DNA of 64,000 nt, taken from the NCBI GenBank assembly GCA_012295275.1, contig CM022670.1:14260001-14324000 (forward strand), given 5' to 3'. The notes under the pieces are model-generated. The model ran no database searches. It was not told where the DNA came from and saw only the letters and a program-made list of their open reading frames with translations. The translations under genes were made by a program, and so were the position numbers. Below, piece after piece: positions 38,518 to 51,527 of this stretch (position 1 is the first letter of the stretch; each line of letters starts with the position of its first letter). This stretch comes from Chrysomallon squamiferum. Taxonomy: Eukaryota; Animalia; Mollusca.

Positions 38518-39755
38518 AAAAAAAATAAATAATAATAATAAACTAAATAATAATAAATAAAAAAGTTTGGAATTGCTGGACCAGAGGGAAGCAGCCAAAA
38601 AGGACAAGGAAACACCTACAGCAGCCGAGAACAGAACACACAAACAGGACGCAGCCAACACGGACCCGGTGACGCATACGAGACATTCAACGAGCTAGAC
38701 AAGTGCCGGAAACAACAAGGAGCGGATAACGGCTACGAAACATCGCAACCGGTTCGTTAGGATCCGATATGCTGGACACTCCCTTGTATCCTGCAATCGT
38801 AACGAGAACCCACTCTCTATCCTTACCCAAAACTCTTTTCTGCGATGGACACTCCCGCTGACCTATCAGAAAGCGTGCCTGTCACAACAGCTTGCTCTGA
38901 TTAGCACGTTCATTTTTTTCATGTTCAAATTCAAGCTGTTGACATGTCGATAACTGACCAGAATCTCTCCACTCATCACTGACTGATTGCAAAGCCAGAG
39001 GTAGGATTTCATTACGAAACCATTAAATTATTTATCTAACATACTCTGTACGTAAACAAACTCAAACAGTTACAAACTAACAAAGGCCTTTAACTTTGCC
39101 CAGCGAGTCGGATGTGGTCACCTCGTTTCAGTTCCCTGTGGCACAGGTATAATATCCACTCCATATTCCCATGTAATATTAGAAAGTTGAATATGACAGT
39201 TAAAGGAAATAAACATTACTATAATACTTTACTCAATTCATCATTCTTAAAGTCGGCATAAAATTTAAAATGGTAAAACATTTTTAGTTGTACCTTTTCC
39301 CTTTCTATCTTGTCTATTGTTGGACAAGTGGTGTTTTTTAAATTAAAGTATTCTCACCGAAAAAAAAAATGTGTTTTTGTTAGTATTGAATTAGTCCCAC
39401 CTTAACCTAAACGTCCCGAAACGAAGTGTCATGTTGGATTGATAAATTTCTGATCCCTTTATATTTGAAGATAGTTTCCGGTGTTCGAATAATTTGTTTT
39501 TGTTCTTCAGTCGGTGACCTAAACATTGGAGATGATCCCAGAAAAAACATGTACAGTGTCTTTATCGTACTTTATCGTAGTAACAACATAGCCTCCTGAC
39601 TTCCAATGAGTAGTTAGTGAACAAGTAAATGACATCACCCTACAGACGTTGTGTTGTTATTTTACCTGCTATTAAAAAGTAAATCCAACTGGTGAGCTGG
39701 ATGACATTTTCAGCAAGTAATGTATATAACCGTCCAATTTATTTAGATTCTCTTT

Positions 39756-39792
39756 GACGTGCTTCACAACAGCTTGCTCTGATTAGCACGTT
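39756..39792 (+). promoter_or_regulatory. Conserved 37-bp cassette GACGTGCTTCACAACAGCTTGCTCTGATTAGCACGTT (function inferred)
   Basis: Six copies in the window (38883 truncated, 39756, 44901, 45928, 51538, 52477), each followed by a T-rich tract and a pyrimidine-CA whose A lies 11-13 nt beyond the cassette end. Confidence 0.45.
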
Positions 39793-39802
39793 AATTTTTT
39801 TC

Positions 39803-42800
39803 CATTAGATTCTCACAACAGACTCTCCACCGTGATGGTCGATCCCGACATGGTGCAAGCCCGGAAGAGAAGCTGTGAAGAATACTCACGGACGGATTGT
39901 GCTTTGTGCTTTCTGAGCGGAATTCAGAAACCAAAAAGATACTGTACCATTTTCTTTATTTATTTAGACTTAAATTCTTATTTATATTATTTGTAGGCTT
40001 TTGTATTATTGTTACTTTTATTACTTTTCTTTTTTCTTTTTTACTCTTTGTTCCTCTTTTGTCTTTTACTTTCCGGTATCTTAAATAACCGATATATCTT
40101 ATCTTTATCTCGATCTGAAAGTGAGTTGCGTTAGCTTTAGTCTTTTTTTTGAATTAATATAGAATTGTCTATATATTTAAAAATCCAAGTATATTTTTAA
40201 AATCGAAGTATTTAAAAAAACCCCAAAAAACAATAACAACAAAACAACAACAACAACAACCCATACACTTACACAACAAACATGGCAACAAAAAACACGA
40301 AAATTTACAGCACAGGAACAGATAATTCAGATATGGAAACTAGAGTTCCAAAACGACCCAGGGACAGGAGCCCTAGCTCCGTCGAAAAAAAAAGCAACAG
40401 AAAACAAAAGAAAAAAACGACAACACAGTCCAACACACACATTCGGACACAGAAGTAACAGAAGAACAAAAAATTATCAACAGAAATCTACACATTTTGG
40501 CAAGGCTACGGGAAACAGACACGGAAGACGAAAGCGAACAAAACGCTTGGGAGATAATTAAAAGAAAAAAAAAAAAAACACACCCACAGCCGAACCACCA
40601 TTGCAATACATACAAAAAACCATATGAACATCGACAAAAAGTTGCGCTACTTACTAGAAGCGCAAATACATATTATTGACAAAACAACAAAAGTCAATAA
40701 CAACCAAAACGGTAAAGAAATCTACTTTGAAGTAGATACAAAAACACTAAAAAAAACATAGGTCTCAACATTACCATCTGGGACGAAACATTGGTTGTCA
40801 GGGTTTTACCAAAAATAATCCCTGACACAATACAGACACAGAAAAAAACACCCACACCACAACACAGAAAAACAGCAAATTAACGAACACAACCAGAAAT
40901 GAGGCCGCAGTTGCCCAAGTGCGGCCTCTGTCAGAAATGGGGGCACATCACAAATCAGTGCACCCACAGACACAACCTGAAAAACCAGTGGAAATCACCA
41001 CAGAAACTCAGGCCTATGCCGGTCTCTGGCAAAATGCGCAAATTGCCAGGGGCCACACGAATCACACTACAAGATGTGCCCAACCAAAATAAAAGCAAAC
41101 AACAACTTCGAACACAACAGGAGAGACAACAAAATCCTACAAAATGTCAACAAAAAATGCCAGAAAATGGAACAAAAAACCAAAACCATCATGGAAAAAA
41201 TTGACCAACACAACAACAAACCGACAGACAATCTGGACAAGGAGGTCAGGATCGCAGACATCCATAAAATCATTGTCTGCCTCTTGATAGAGCTTCAAAA
41301 CATCAGAACCAATCAAGGAAACGACAATGACTACGCCAATTTGGAACACATAATAGCCCAAATAATTGAAGACAGCTTGGGCTTCAAAATACACACAAAC
41401 GACAAAAGACTAAAACTACACACAGACACGAGAAATTCCACAAACACAAAACAACAGTGAACAAAAACAAAACAAAACAAACAGTAACAACCATTTACAA
41501 ACTGTTCACGATAAGCACACCAAGAACACAGGCCTCTCCGTTCTTCAATGGAACGCTAAAGGCCTTCACTCAACAGGCCACGGAGACGAATTACTACACT
41601 TTCTGGCCTCCACTACAAAAACACCGGACATAATATGTATTCAAGAAACATGGCTGGGACATTCCACCAAAAACAACAAAACAACAAAAACCTCGGGTAC
41701 CAAAGTCATTACGTCAACAGATACAACAGCACCCGGGGAGGCATCATGACTCTCGTCAAACAAGACATTCCACACACCAAGCTGAACCAAGCCAAAGTCC
41801 ACGCCAACATAGAAATATTAGGTATCACAGTACACAACAACAATCAAAACATCAACATAATTAACATGTACAGCCCACCCACTCCCGCACTACACACCAT
41901 CCAAACCCACGACTTAAACAAAATGATCACAACAAACAACAAGGTCATTATTGTGGGCGATTTCAACTGTCACAACACCCTATGGGGTGGCTCGACAGAC
42001 GACAGCCCTGGAATCGTCCTCGAAGATTTCCTAGAGCAAAACCAGCTGGTCTGTTTGAACGACGGAACATTCACATACACCAGCGACATCAATGGTGGCC
42101 AAACCAGACGATGCACCGGCAACATATCCACTCCCTGGTGGACGGAACGCATAGAAAACAAATGCAAAGGAAGAAACACAGCACAAACGACCAGATCACA
42201 CGCCTGCAAACATCAATTAATCAATTTTTTCGAAAATCAAAAAAAGTCATAGCAGTTTTTTTAGACATTGAAAAGGCATTCGACATGGTATGGAGGGAAG
42301 GACTGCTCGTTAAATTAATCAACAACAACATCAAAGGCAACATGTTCAACTTTATCAAAGACTTTATTAACAACAGAACCATAGCAGTCAAAGTAAACGG
42401 TCACACCTCAGAGAAAACGACAATCGAAAACGGCATCCCAAGGATCCGTGATCTCGCCAACACTCTTCAACATCTACATCAACGACATCGTCACAGCACT
42501 CGACAAACAAGACAACGCCAGAAATCCACCAAAGGAACCAATAAATACAGCACTCTTTGCAGACGATTGCGTCTTTTGACGGGCAGGCAGATCGACCGCA
42601 GCAATACAGAAACAAATACAAAAAGACTTAAACAACATAAACGATTGGGCGTTGAAATGGGGCATAACGATTTCTCTTTCGAAAACGACATGCCTCCTTT
42701 TCAACAAGAAATCAGACAACAGCAAGATCACACTCAACATCGACAACAACGTCATAACACAAACAAAGACATTCAAATTTCTAGGTGTGACATTCGACAG

Positions 42801-43950
42801 TCAACTCAACTTCCGATGCCACATACACAACATGATTGTATCCTGCGAAAAAACAATCAATCTTCTAAAGTTACAAGTTTTCCGGAACAAGTTGGGGAGC
42901 AAACGAGTCAACGCTGATTTTGATACACAAAGCGTGTATTCTCTCCAAGCTCGACTACGGAGCCACGGCTTACTCGAATGCTCCCAAACTCTATTTAAAA
43001 AAACTAGACATAATTCAATCCAGCGCCCTCAGGGTGATCGGCCACCTGCCAAACACAACACCATCCGACAGCCTCCTATCGGAATACAGCATCCAACCAT
43101 TAAAATACAGAAGAAAATTGCCAATACTAAAATACAGCCTGAAAATACACACACTCAACACAGACCACCCGGTCAAGGATCTGGTCCCCGACCAACAAAG
43201 GATAGGACAACTCTTTAAATCGCATAGTCTACTACTATCGAATTTCCCGACAACAGCTAGCGAAATCGAAAGGGAAACAGGAATAGGTGAAATGCTACTG
43301 CCGGCATACCACAATGAAACAAAACCAACAATAAAGACACCTTTCCTGATCAGAAGAGAAACTGACAAAACAGAGATCCCACCGTTCAAAAAAGCCATTT
43401 TTTTTGGCAGCAGCAAACGACCACTACAAACAACACACGCACATCTACACTGACGGATCCAAAAAACCCAGACAACGGGAGAGTAGGATTCGCTTTCATA
43501 GCCCAAGATCATACAAACAAACCCACATGCATACAATTCGGCCGTATCAGAAATCACCTTTCGGTATATACGGCCGAATTGGTAGCCATCATCAGAGCCA
43601 TGCTGTGGGTAAAACACAACAACAACAAACACACAGTCATATTCTCGGACAGTCTAAGTTCCGTGATCTCAATACAATCCGGAAGTTCCAGCAGACCAGA
43701 CCTGCTCAGCAAAATACAACAACTACATGAGGACATACAACACAACAAGAAAGAACTAACCATCGAGTGGCTCCCAGCACACGTCGGTATCATCGGCAAC
43801 GAACTTGCCGACCATTACGCCAAAGAGTCACTCAGCATTAAAGACGAAGACATCTGCACAGACATACATTACGGAATAAACGAAATTGTCTCCATCGCTG
43901 CCAAACATTACGACAAACAATGGCAAAACGAATGGAACAACACCAAAACA
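39803..43950 (+). mobile_element. Non-LTR retrotransposon (I-group LINE with RNase H), degenerate, truncated by the gap
   Basis: ORF1 from 40282 with CCHC knuckles (CGLCQKWGHITNQC; CANCQGPH...C); APE endonuclease (LQWNA, CIQETW, GDFNCH); RT (FLDIEKAFD, ISPTLFNIYINDI, LFADD, FKFLGVTFD); RNase H (YTDGSK, AEL.AI, SDS, WLPAHVGI.GNE.AD). Multiple frameshifts and deletions. Confidence 0.93.
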
Positions 43951-44150
43951 NNNNNNNNNNNNNNNNNNNNNNNNNNNNNNNNNNNNNNNNNNNNNNNNNN
44001 NNNNNNNNNNNNNNNNNNNNNNNNNNNNNNNNNNNNNNNNNNNNNNNNNNNNNNNNNNNNNNNNNNNNNNNNNNNNNNNNNNNNNNNNNNNNNNNNNNNN
44101 NNNNNNNNNNNNNNNNNNNNNNNNNNNNNNNNNNNNNNNNNNNNNNNNNN
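43951..44150. other. Assembly gap (200 N)
   Basis: Run of exactly 200 n; the round size suggests a placeholder scaffolding gap. Confidence 0.99.
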
Positions 44151-44502
44151 TAATTTGTTTATTATTTTATTTTGTTCGTTATTCATATCAGAAAATGCAT
44201 TAGTTATGGGAGTTTTATATGCGGTAGATCCAAAATGTATCTAAAACAGACAGACATTTATTGGCGGTTATTGTATATGTTATCATTGAATATATAGAAA
44301 GGATTGTTTCGAATGTTATACATAAAAAGACTAAAATAAACACTTAAACAAAGCACTTCACCGCTGCAGTACAATAACTATTCTTAGTTCTAGTTTAAAA
44401 GATTGCTTCTTGATTCAGGAAACGTTCGGCGATTTCATTCAGCTTAAGGAAGTCTTCACTTTATTTGATAGCTTTGTCAGAAACATGACGAAAGACAATA
44501 TT

Positions 44503-44624
<122 letters not shown>

Positions 44625-45924
44625 AAAAAGTCAGCATCCTGTAAACAACACTGACAGGATGTGTTGTGATTTTTTCTTCTTGTAATTTTTCACTAATTCT
44701 TGTCAGACAGGTTATCAGAGTTACGGAGTCGGTGTTTGGCAAACATCCGTGAAAACACACACACTCACATATTGCTGAATTCTTTCATTTTAACACGCAC
44801 ATTTTCCCTTTTTATTTTAATATATAATTTAAATTTGCAAACTATGGTCGTCGCAGAAATGTTCTACAATATATATTCAGTGTATGAATGAAAAGAAATT
44901 AACGTGCTAATCAGAGCTAGCTGTTGTGAAGCACGTTATATTCAGTGTAAATATTTCAGATATAAGTACTACATACATAATGGGCCGGTTGCGCAATGTA
45001 ATTATTTAAAGTTATCTTCCTACTCAGCGAATCCTCATTGTTGTACCGCTTGCTTTGCACAAAATTTAATTACCGTCTCAACGTCTGGTTATAGTGGGGA
45101 CGTTTTGTTTAAATACTCAAACTGGTTTTCACAGAGAGATTATTGTATTGATGTTGTTCTCTATCTAGGTATCTATTTACTGAATAAAACGTGGATGCTG
45201 CATGATACTGTATGATTAATTACAGTCTGATTATAGCAGCGCTACGTAAACACTGAAATGTAGACTGTGACCTGATCTTGGACTATCTATATTACTATTA
45301 GCTTAATTAAATGTAATTAAAGTTTTTAAAAACATGTTATTGAAATCGGAATGGGATTTTGTACCAGTCATACAGTTTGATTATTCTTATGTACATGTAT
45401 TATATATATGTTTGTTGTGTTTAGAATTTATAATATATGTAACAGTATTTGAGTTTTTTTCAAAAAGACGAAAAACAGCTGTAAGTTCGGGACAATGGCT
45501 TTTTAATTGACATCACACACAATGTGTGTTTAAAACCCTGAAACAATCAAATCAATAAATTAAAATACAATACATGACATTACAATAAGAAATATATATA
45601 TAACGCATAACATTCCCTTGACTGTCATAAATAATTAAACATATCTATCTTGCCACGTATCGCTAATACATAGTTCCTATCAAACAATACATATGACATA
45701 ACACCATATGTTATTCCTTCATGCAATTATACAATCCATACTTTCCTAATACATTCACTACTAATGTTTAACATAATCACAGACATCACAACGTCATAAA
45801 ATTATACACATATAACTACACGGTCATGTACATACCAAGTTTGTGTGACTAAGGTTTAACACCTGGCTGGTAACCGACACATGCATTCAACAATAGAGAT
45901 CTATGGAAATTAAATGGAAACAAA

Positions 45925-46535
45925 ATTAACGTGCTAATCAGAGCAAGGCTGTCGTGAAGCACGTCTGCGACGGGCACGCTTTCTGACAGGTCAGCGGGCG
46001 TGTAGGCGCAGAAAAGAGTTTTGGGCACGCTTTCTGACAGGTCCAGCATATCGGATCGTAACGAGTCGGTACCGATGTTTCGCAGCCGCAATTCGCCCCC
46101 TGTGGTCTCCGGCACAATCTCTCAGCCATCACCGGGTCCGTGTTGTTTGCCGTCCTGCTTGTTCTGCTCTTGGCTGCTGTCGTTGTTTCTTTTTGGCTGC
46201 TGTTGTTGTTTATTTTTGGCTGCTTCCTTCTTGTCCACGTAGTCCAAACCTGTTATTTATTTTTATTTTATTTTTTTGTTTTCCCATTGTTTTTTATTGT
46301 TTTAAAAGATACTATAAACACCTGCAACTAAAACAAATAAGAACATAAATGTAGTTAACTTATTTACATTTTATTTTATTTTAATTCTAAAGATGTTATA
46401 AATCCTGCAGCTAGGACTAAGAATATGGAAGAAAAAAAATCACCATAACCGAGTTAGTATTGTCTGAAAGTAGGTACGTATAGTACGTTTATCCTTGTTT
46501 TTAATTATTAATTTAATTGGCTATTCAAATTGATT
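45925..46535 (-). repeat. Third, diverged copy of the ~650-bp non-coding unit also at 38270-38910 (+) and 52477-53090 (-)
   Basis: Shared segments gggcacgctttctgacaggtcagc, tccagcatatcggatc, tttttggctgcttcc, tataaacacctgca, ttattaatttaattggctattcaaat. Confidence 0.85.
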
Positions 46536-46630
46536 CGTCAATCAGCCGATCCATCCGTAGATCCATCAGCTGTTCAACCAATCAATCCGCAAGTCAATAG
46601 ATTTATATAATTGTTGTTTGTTTTCGTGTC

Positions 46631-49600
46631 AAAAAAAAAAAAAAAAAAAAGTTTAAAGTTTGTGTTTTGTGTTGAGAATGTAATTTGTTACTGCAGCGAG
46701 GACTAACTCTCTGTTATTCATGTTTGGTGCCAGGATGTGTTGGAGCGTGAACTCGATTTTTAGTTCCTCCAATGTATTGCGTAGTGCTTGTCTTTCCTTG
46801 GCAAAATTTGGACAGTGAAACAAGTAGTGTTTCATGGTTTCTGAGAGTCCACAACTGCAGATGGGTGACGTGGTGATGTTATGTTTGTATCGAATTGCGT
46901 TTAGATTGGTTGAGTAACCAATTCGGGCTTTGGTGAGATTGTTGTTGTGTAGTTTGTTGGCGAGTGTGATTTTGGGTGTTTTCGCGAGTGGTTTGATGTT
47001 TAAGTGCCATTTGTTTTTGGTGTTGTTCCATTCGTTTTGCCATTGTTTGTCGTAATGTTTGGCAGCGATGGAGACAATTTCGTTTATTCCGTAATGTTTG
47101 TCTGTGCAGATGTCTTCGTCTTTAATGCTGAGTGACTCTTTGGCGTAATGGTCGGCAAGTTCGTTGCCGATGATACCGACGTGTGCTGGGAGCCACTCGA
47201 TGGTTAGTTCTTTCTTGTTGTGTTGTATGTCCTCATGTAGTTGTTGTATTTTGCTGAGCAGGTCTGGTCTGCTGGAACTTCCGGATTGTATTGAGATCAC
47301 GGAACTTAGACTGTCCGAGAATATGACTGTGTGTTTGTTGTTGTTGTGTTTTACCCACAGCATGGCTCTGATGATGGCTACCAATTCGGCCGTATATACC
47401 GAAAGGTGATTTCTGATACGGCCGAATTGTATGATGTGGGTTTGTTTGTGTGATCTTGGGCTATGAAGGCGAATCCTACTCTCCCGTTGTCTGGGTTTTT
47501 GGATCCGTCAGTGTAGATGCGCGTGTGTTGTTTGAAGTGGTCGTTTGCTGCTGCCAAAAAAAATGGCTTTTTTGAACGGTGGGATCTCTGTTTTGTCAGT
47601 TTCTCTTTTGATCAGGAAAGGTGTCTTTATTGTTGGTTTTGTTTCTTTGTGGTATGCCGGCAGTGGCATTTCACCTATTCGTGTTTCCTTTTCGATTTCG
47701 CTAGCTGTTGTCGGGAAATTCGATAGTAGTAGACTATGCGATTTAAAGAGTTGTCCTATCCTTTATTGGTCGGGGACCAGATCCTTGACCGGGTGGTCTG
47801 TGTTGAGTGTGTGTATTTTCAGGCTGCATTTTAGTATTGGCAATTTTCTTCTGTATTTTAATGGTTGGATGCTGTATTCCGATAGGAGGCTGTCGGATGG
47901 TGTTGTGTTTGGCAGGTGGCCGATCACCCTGAGGGCGCTGGATTGAATTATGTCTAGTTTTTTTAAATAGAGTTTGGGAGCATTCGAGTAAGCCGTGGCT
48001 CCGTAGTCGAGCTTGGAGAGAATACACGTTTTGTGTATCAAAATCAGCCTTGACTCGTTTGCTCCCCAACTTGTTCCGGAAATTAACTTTAGAAGATTGA
48101 TTGTTTTTTTGCAGGATGCAATTATGTTGTGTATGTGGCATCGGAAGTTGAGTTGACTGTCGAATGTCACACCTAGAAATTTGAATGTCTTTGTTTGTGT
48201 TATGACGTTGTTGTCGATGTTGAGTGTGATCTTGCTGTTGTCCGATTTCTTGTTGAAAAGGAGGCATGTCGTTTTCGAAAGAGAAATCGTTATGCCCCAT
48301 TTCAACGCCCAATCGTTTATGTTGTTTAAGTCTTTTTGTATTTGTTTCTGTATTGCTGCGGTCGATCTGCCTGCCCGTCAAAAGACGCAATCGTCTGCAA
48401 AGAGTGCTGTATTTATTGGTTCCTTTGGTGGATTTCTGGCGTTGTCTTGTTTCTCGAGTGTTGTGACGATGTCGTTGATGTAGATGTTGAAGAGTGTTGG
48501 CGAGATCACGGATCCTTGGGGGATGCCGTTTTCGATTATCGTTTTCTCTGAGGTGTAACCGTTTACTTTGACTGCTATGGTTCTGTTGTTGATAAAGTCT
48601 TTGATAAAGTTGAACATGTTGCCTTTGATGTTAATCATAATTTAACGAGCAGTCCTTCCCTCCATACCATGTCGAATGCCTTTTCAATGTCTAAAAAACT
48701 GCTATGACTTTTTTTTGATTTTCGAAAAGATTGATTAATTGATGTTTGCAGGCGTGTGATCTGGTCGTTTGTGCTGTGTTTCTTCCTGAAGCTGCTTTGA
48801 AATTTGCTGATTAAATTGTTGTCGTTTAGATGCTGGTTCCGGCCACCAGGATCATTATCCAATGTTTTGCCGGTGCATCGTCTGGTTTGATCGGCCATTG
48901 ATGTCGCTGGTGTATGTGATCTTCCGTCGTTTGGGCAAACAGACCAGCGGGTTTTTCCAGTTTGTTGGAATCTTCCGGTGGACGATTCCAGGGCTGTCGT
49001 CTGTCGAGCCATCTGGTAGGTGTTGTGACATTTGAAATCTGGCCCCAATAATGACCTTTTTGTTTTGTTGTGCATGTTTTAATTCGCTGATGTTGAATTT
49101 GGGTTTGGATGGTTCCGTCCACCAGGGAGTGGATATGGGCCGGTGCATCGTCTGGTTTTGTTGAATCTGTTTTGGATTGTTGTGTTGGTGTACTGTGATG
49201 CGCAATAGGCGTCGTTGTCGTTGGAGTTTTGCGTGGACTTTGATGTTTCTGCATGCTTTGTGGAATGTCCGCTTTTTGAAGTTCCATTTCGGTGTGAAGA
49301 TGGATCTGTCCGATAAGGTGTTCTTGCTGTTGTATCTGTTGACGTATCGGGTTTGGTCGCTGTTTAGTTTTCGAGTTTTGTTGTTTTTGGTCGGAATGTC
49401 CCAGCCATGTTCTTGAATACATGTTACATGTCCGGTGTGTTTGTAGTGGAGGCCAGGAAGTGTAGTAATTCGTCTCCGTGGCCTGTTGAGTGAAGGCCTT
49501 TAGCGTTCCATTGAAGAACGGAGAGGCCTGTGTTGTTGGTGTGCTTATCGTGAAGAGTTTGTAAATGGTTGTTACTGTTTGTTTTGTTTTGTTTTTGTTC

Positions 49601-51527
49601 ACTGTTGTTTTGTGTTTGTGGAATTTCTCGTGTCTGTTTGTAGTTTTAGTGTTTTGTCGTTTGTGTGTATTTTGAAGCCCAAGCTGTCTTCAATTATTTG
49701 GGCTACTGTGTGTTCCAAATTGGCGTAGTCATTGTCGTTTCCTTGATTGGTTCTGATGTTTTGAAGCTCTATCAAGAGGCAGACAATGATTTTATGGATG
49801 TCTGCGATCCTTACCTCCTTGTCCAGATTGTCTATCGGTTTGTTGTTGTGTTGGTCCATTTTTTCCATCATGGTTTTGGTTTTTTGTTCCATTTTCTGGC
49901 ATTTTTTGTTGACATTTTGTAGGATTTTGTTGTCTCTCCTGTTGTGTTCGAAGTTGTTGTTTGCTTTTATTTTGGTTGGGCACATCTTGTAGTGTGATTC
50001 GTGTGGCCCCTGGCAATTTGCGCATTTTGCCAGAGACCGGCATAGACCTGAGTTTCTATGGTGATTTCCACTGGTTTTTCAGGTTGTGTCTGTGGGTGCA
50101 CTCATTTGTGATGTGCCCCCATTTCTGACAGAGGCCGCACTTGGGCAACTGCGGCCTCATTTCTTTGTAGCCATCAATGGTGATGATTGTGTTCGTTAAT
50201 TTGCTGTTAAACGTCAGTGTGGTCTAGTAATTTGGATTTTTCCACATTTCCACACCGACTAGTGTTGAATTTGTTTGTTGTACTAGTTCTTTGTTGAACA
50301 TTTCAAAGAAATCTAGTTTGTTTGCATAGGGGTAATAAAAACCCAAATCTTTTGAAATGTATTTATATATTGTTGTATCTGTTGTTTTTGTTGTTTGTTT
50401 AGGTTGTTGTTGTTGTTGTTTCGTAATTAGTAGTTGTTTTGGCTGCTGTTATGTGAGCAGTGTTTTTCTGGGTTGTGGTGTGGGTGTTTTTTTCTGTGTC
50501 TGTATTGTGTCAGGGATTATTTTTGGTAAAACCTTGACAACCAATGTTTCGTCCCAGATGGTAATGTTGGGACCTATTTCTTTTTTTAGTGTTTTTGTAT
50601 CTACTTCGAAGTAGATTTCTTTACCGTTTTGGTTGTTATTGACTTTTGTTGTTTTGTCAATAATATGCATTTGCACTTCTAGTAAGTAGCGCAACTTTTT
50701 GTCGATGTTTGTATGGTTTTTTGTGTGTATTGCAATGGTGGTTCGGCTGTGGGTGTATTTTTTTTTTTTTTTTTAATTATTTCTCAAGCGTTTTGTTCGC
50801 TTTCGTCTTCCGTGTCTGTTTCCCGTAGCCTTGCCAAAATGTGTAGATTTCTGTTGATAATTTTTTGTTCTTCTGTTACTTCTGTGTCCGAATATGTGTG
50901 TTGGACTGTGTTGTCGTTTTTTTTCTTTTGTTTTCTGTTGCTTTTTTTTCGACGGAGCTAGGGCTCCTGTCCCTGGGTCGTTTTGGAACTCTAGTTTCCA
51001 TATCTGAATTATCTGTTCCTGTGCTGTAAATTTTCGTTGCCATGTTTGTTGTGTAAGTGTATGGGTTGTTGTTGTTGTTTTGTTGTTATTGTTTGTTTTT
51101 TTTTGTTGTTTTTAAATACTTCGATTTTAAAAATATACTTGGATTTTTAAATATATAGACAATTCTATATTAATTCAAAAAAAAAGACTAAAGCTAACGC
51201 AACTCACTTTCAGATCGAGATAAAGATAAAAGATATATCGGTTATTTAAGATACCGGAAAGTAAAAGACAAAAGAGGAACAAAGAGTAAAAAAGAAAAAA
51301 GAAAAGTAATAAAAGTAACAATAATACAAAAGTCTACAAATAATATAAATAAGAATTTAAGTCTAAATAAATAAAGAAAATGGTACAGTATCTTTTTCGT
51401 TTCTGAATTCCGCTCAGTAAGCACAAAGCACAATCCGTCCGTGAGTATTCTTCACAGCTTATCTACCGGGCTTGCACCATGTCGGGATCGACCATCACGG
51501 TGGAGAGTCTGTTGTGAGAATCTAATG
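46631..51527 (-). mobile_element. Non-LTR retrotransposon (I-group LINE with RNase H), inverted twin of 39803-43950
   Basis: Same ORF1 (51043-49599), APE, RT (GIPQGSVISPTLFNIYIND, LFADD) and RNase H, plus a C-terminal CSCG..ETMKHYLFHCP zinc motif ending at TAA 46653. Confidence 0.93.

Larger units (their letters stand above)
29375..43950 (+). repeat. Left arm of large inverted duplication
   Basis: Colinear reverse-complement homology with ~47010-63355 across exons, introns, 3' region, EGF relics and LINE. Confidence 0.9.

Noticed and set aside
43015-43632. 205-aa minus-strand ORF and other antisense ORFs within the LINEs
   Set aside because: Antisense shadows of A/C-rich LINE ORF2 with no recognisable motifs.
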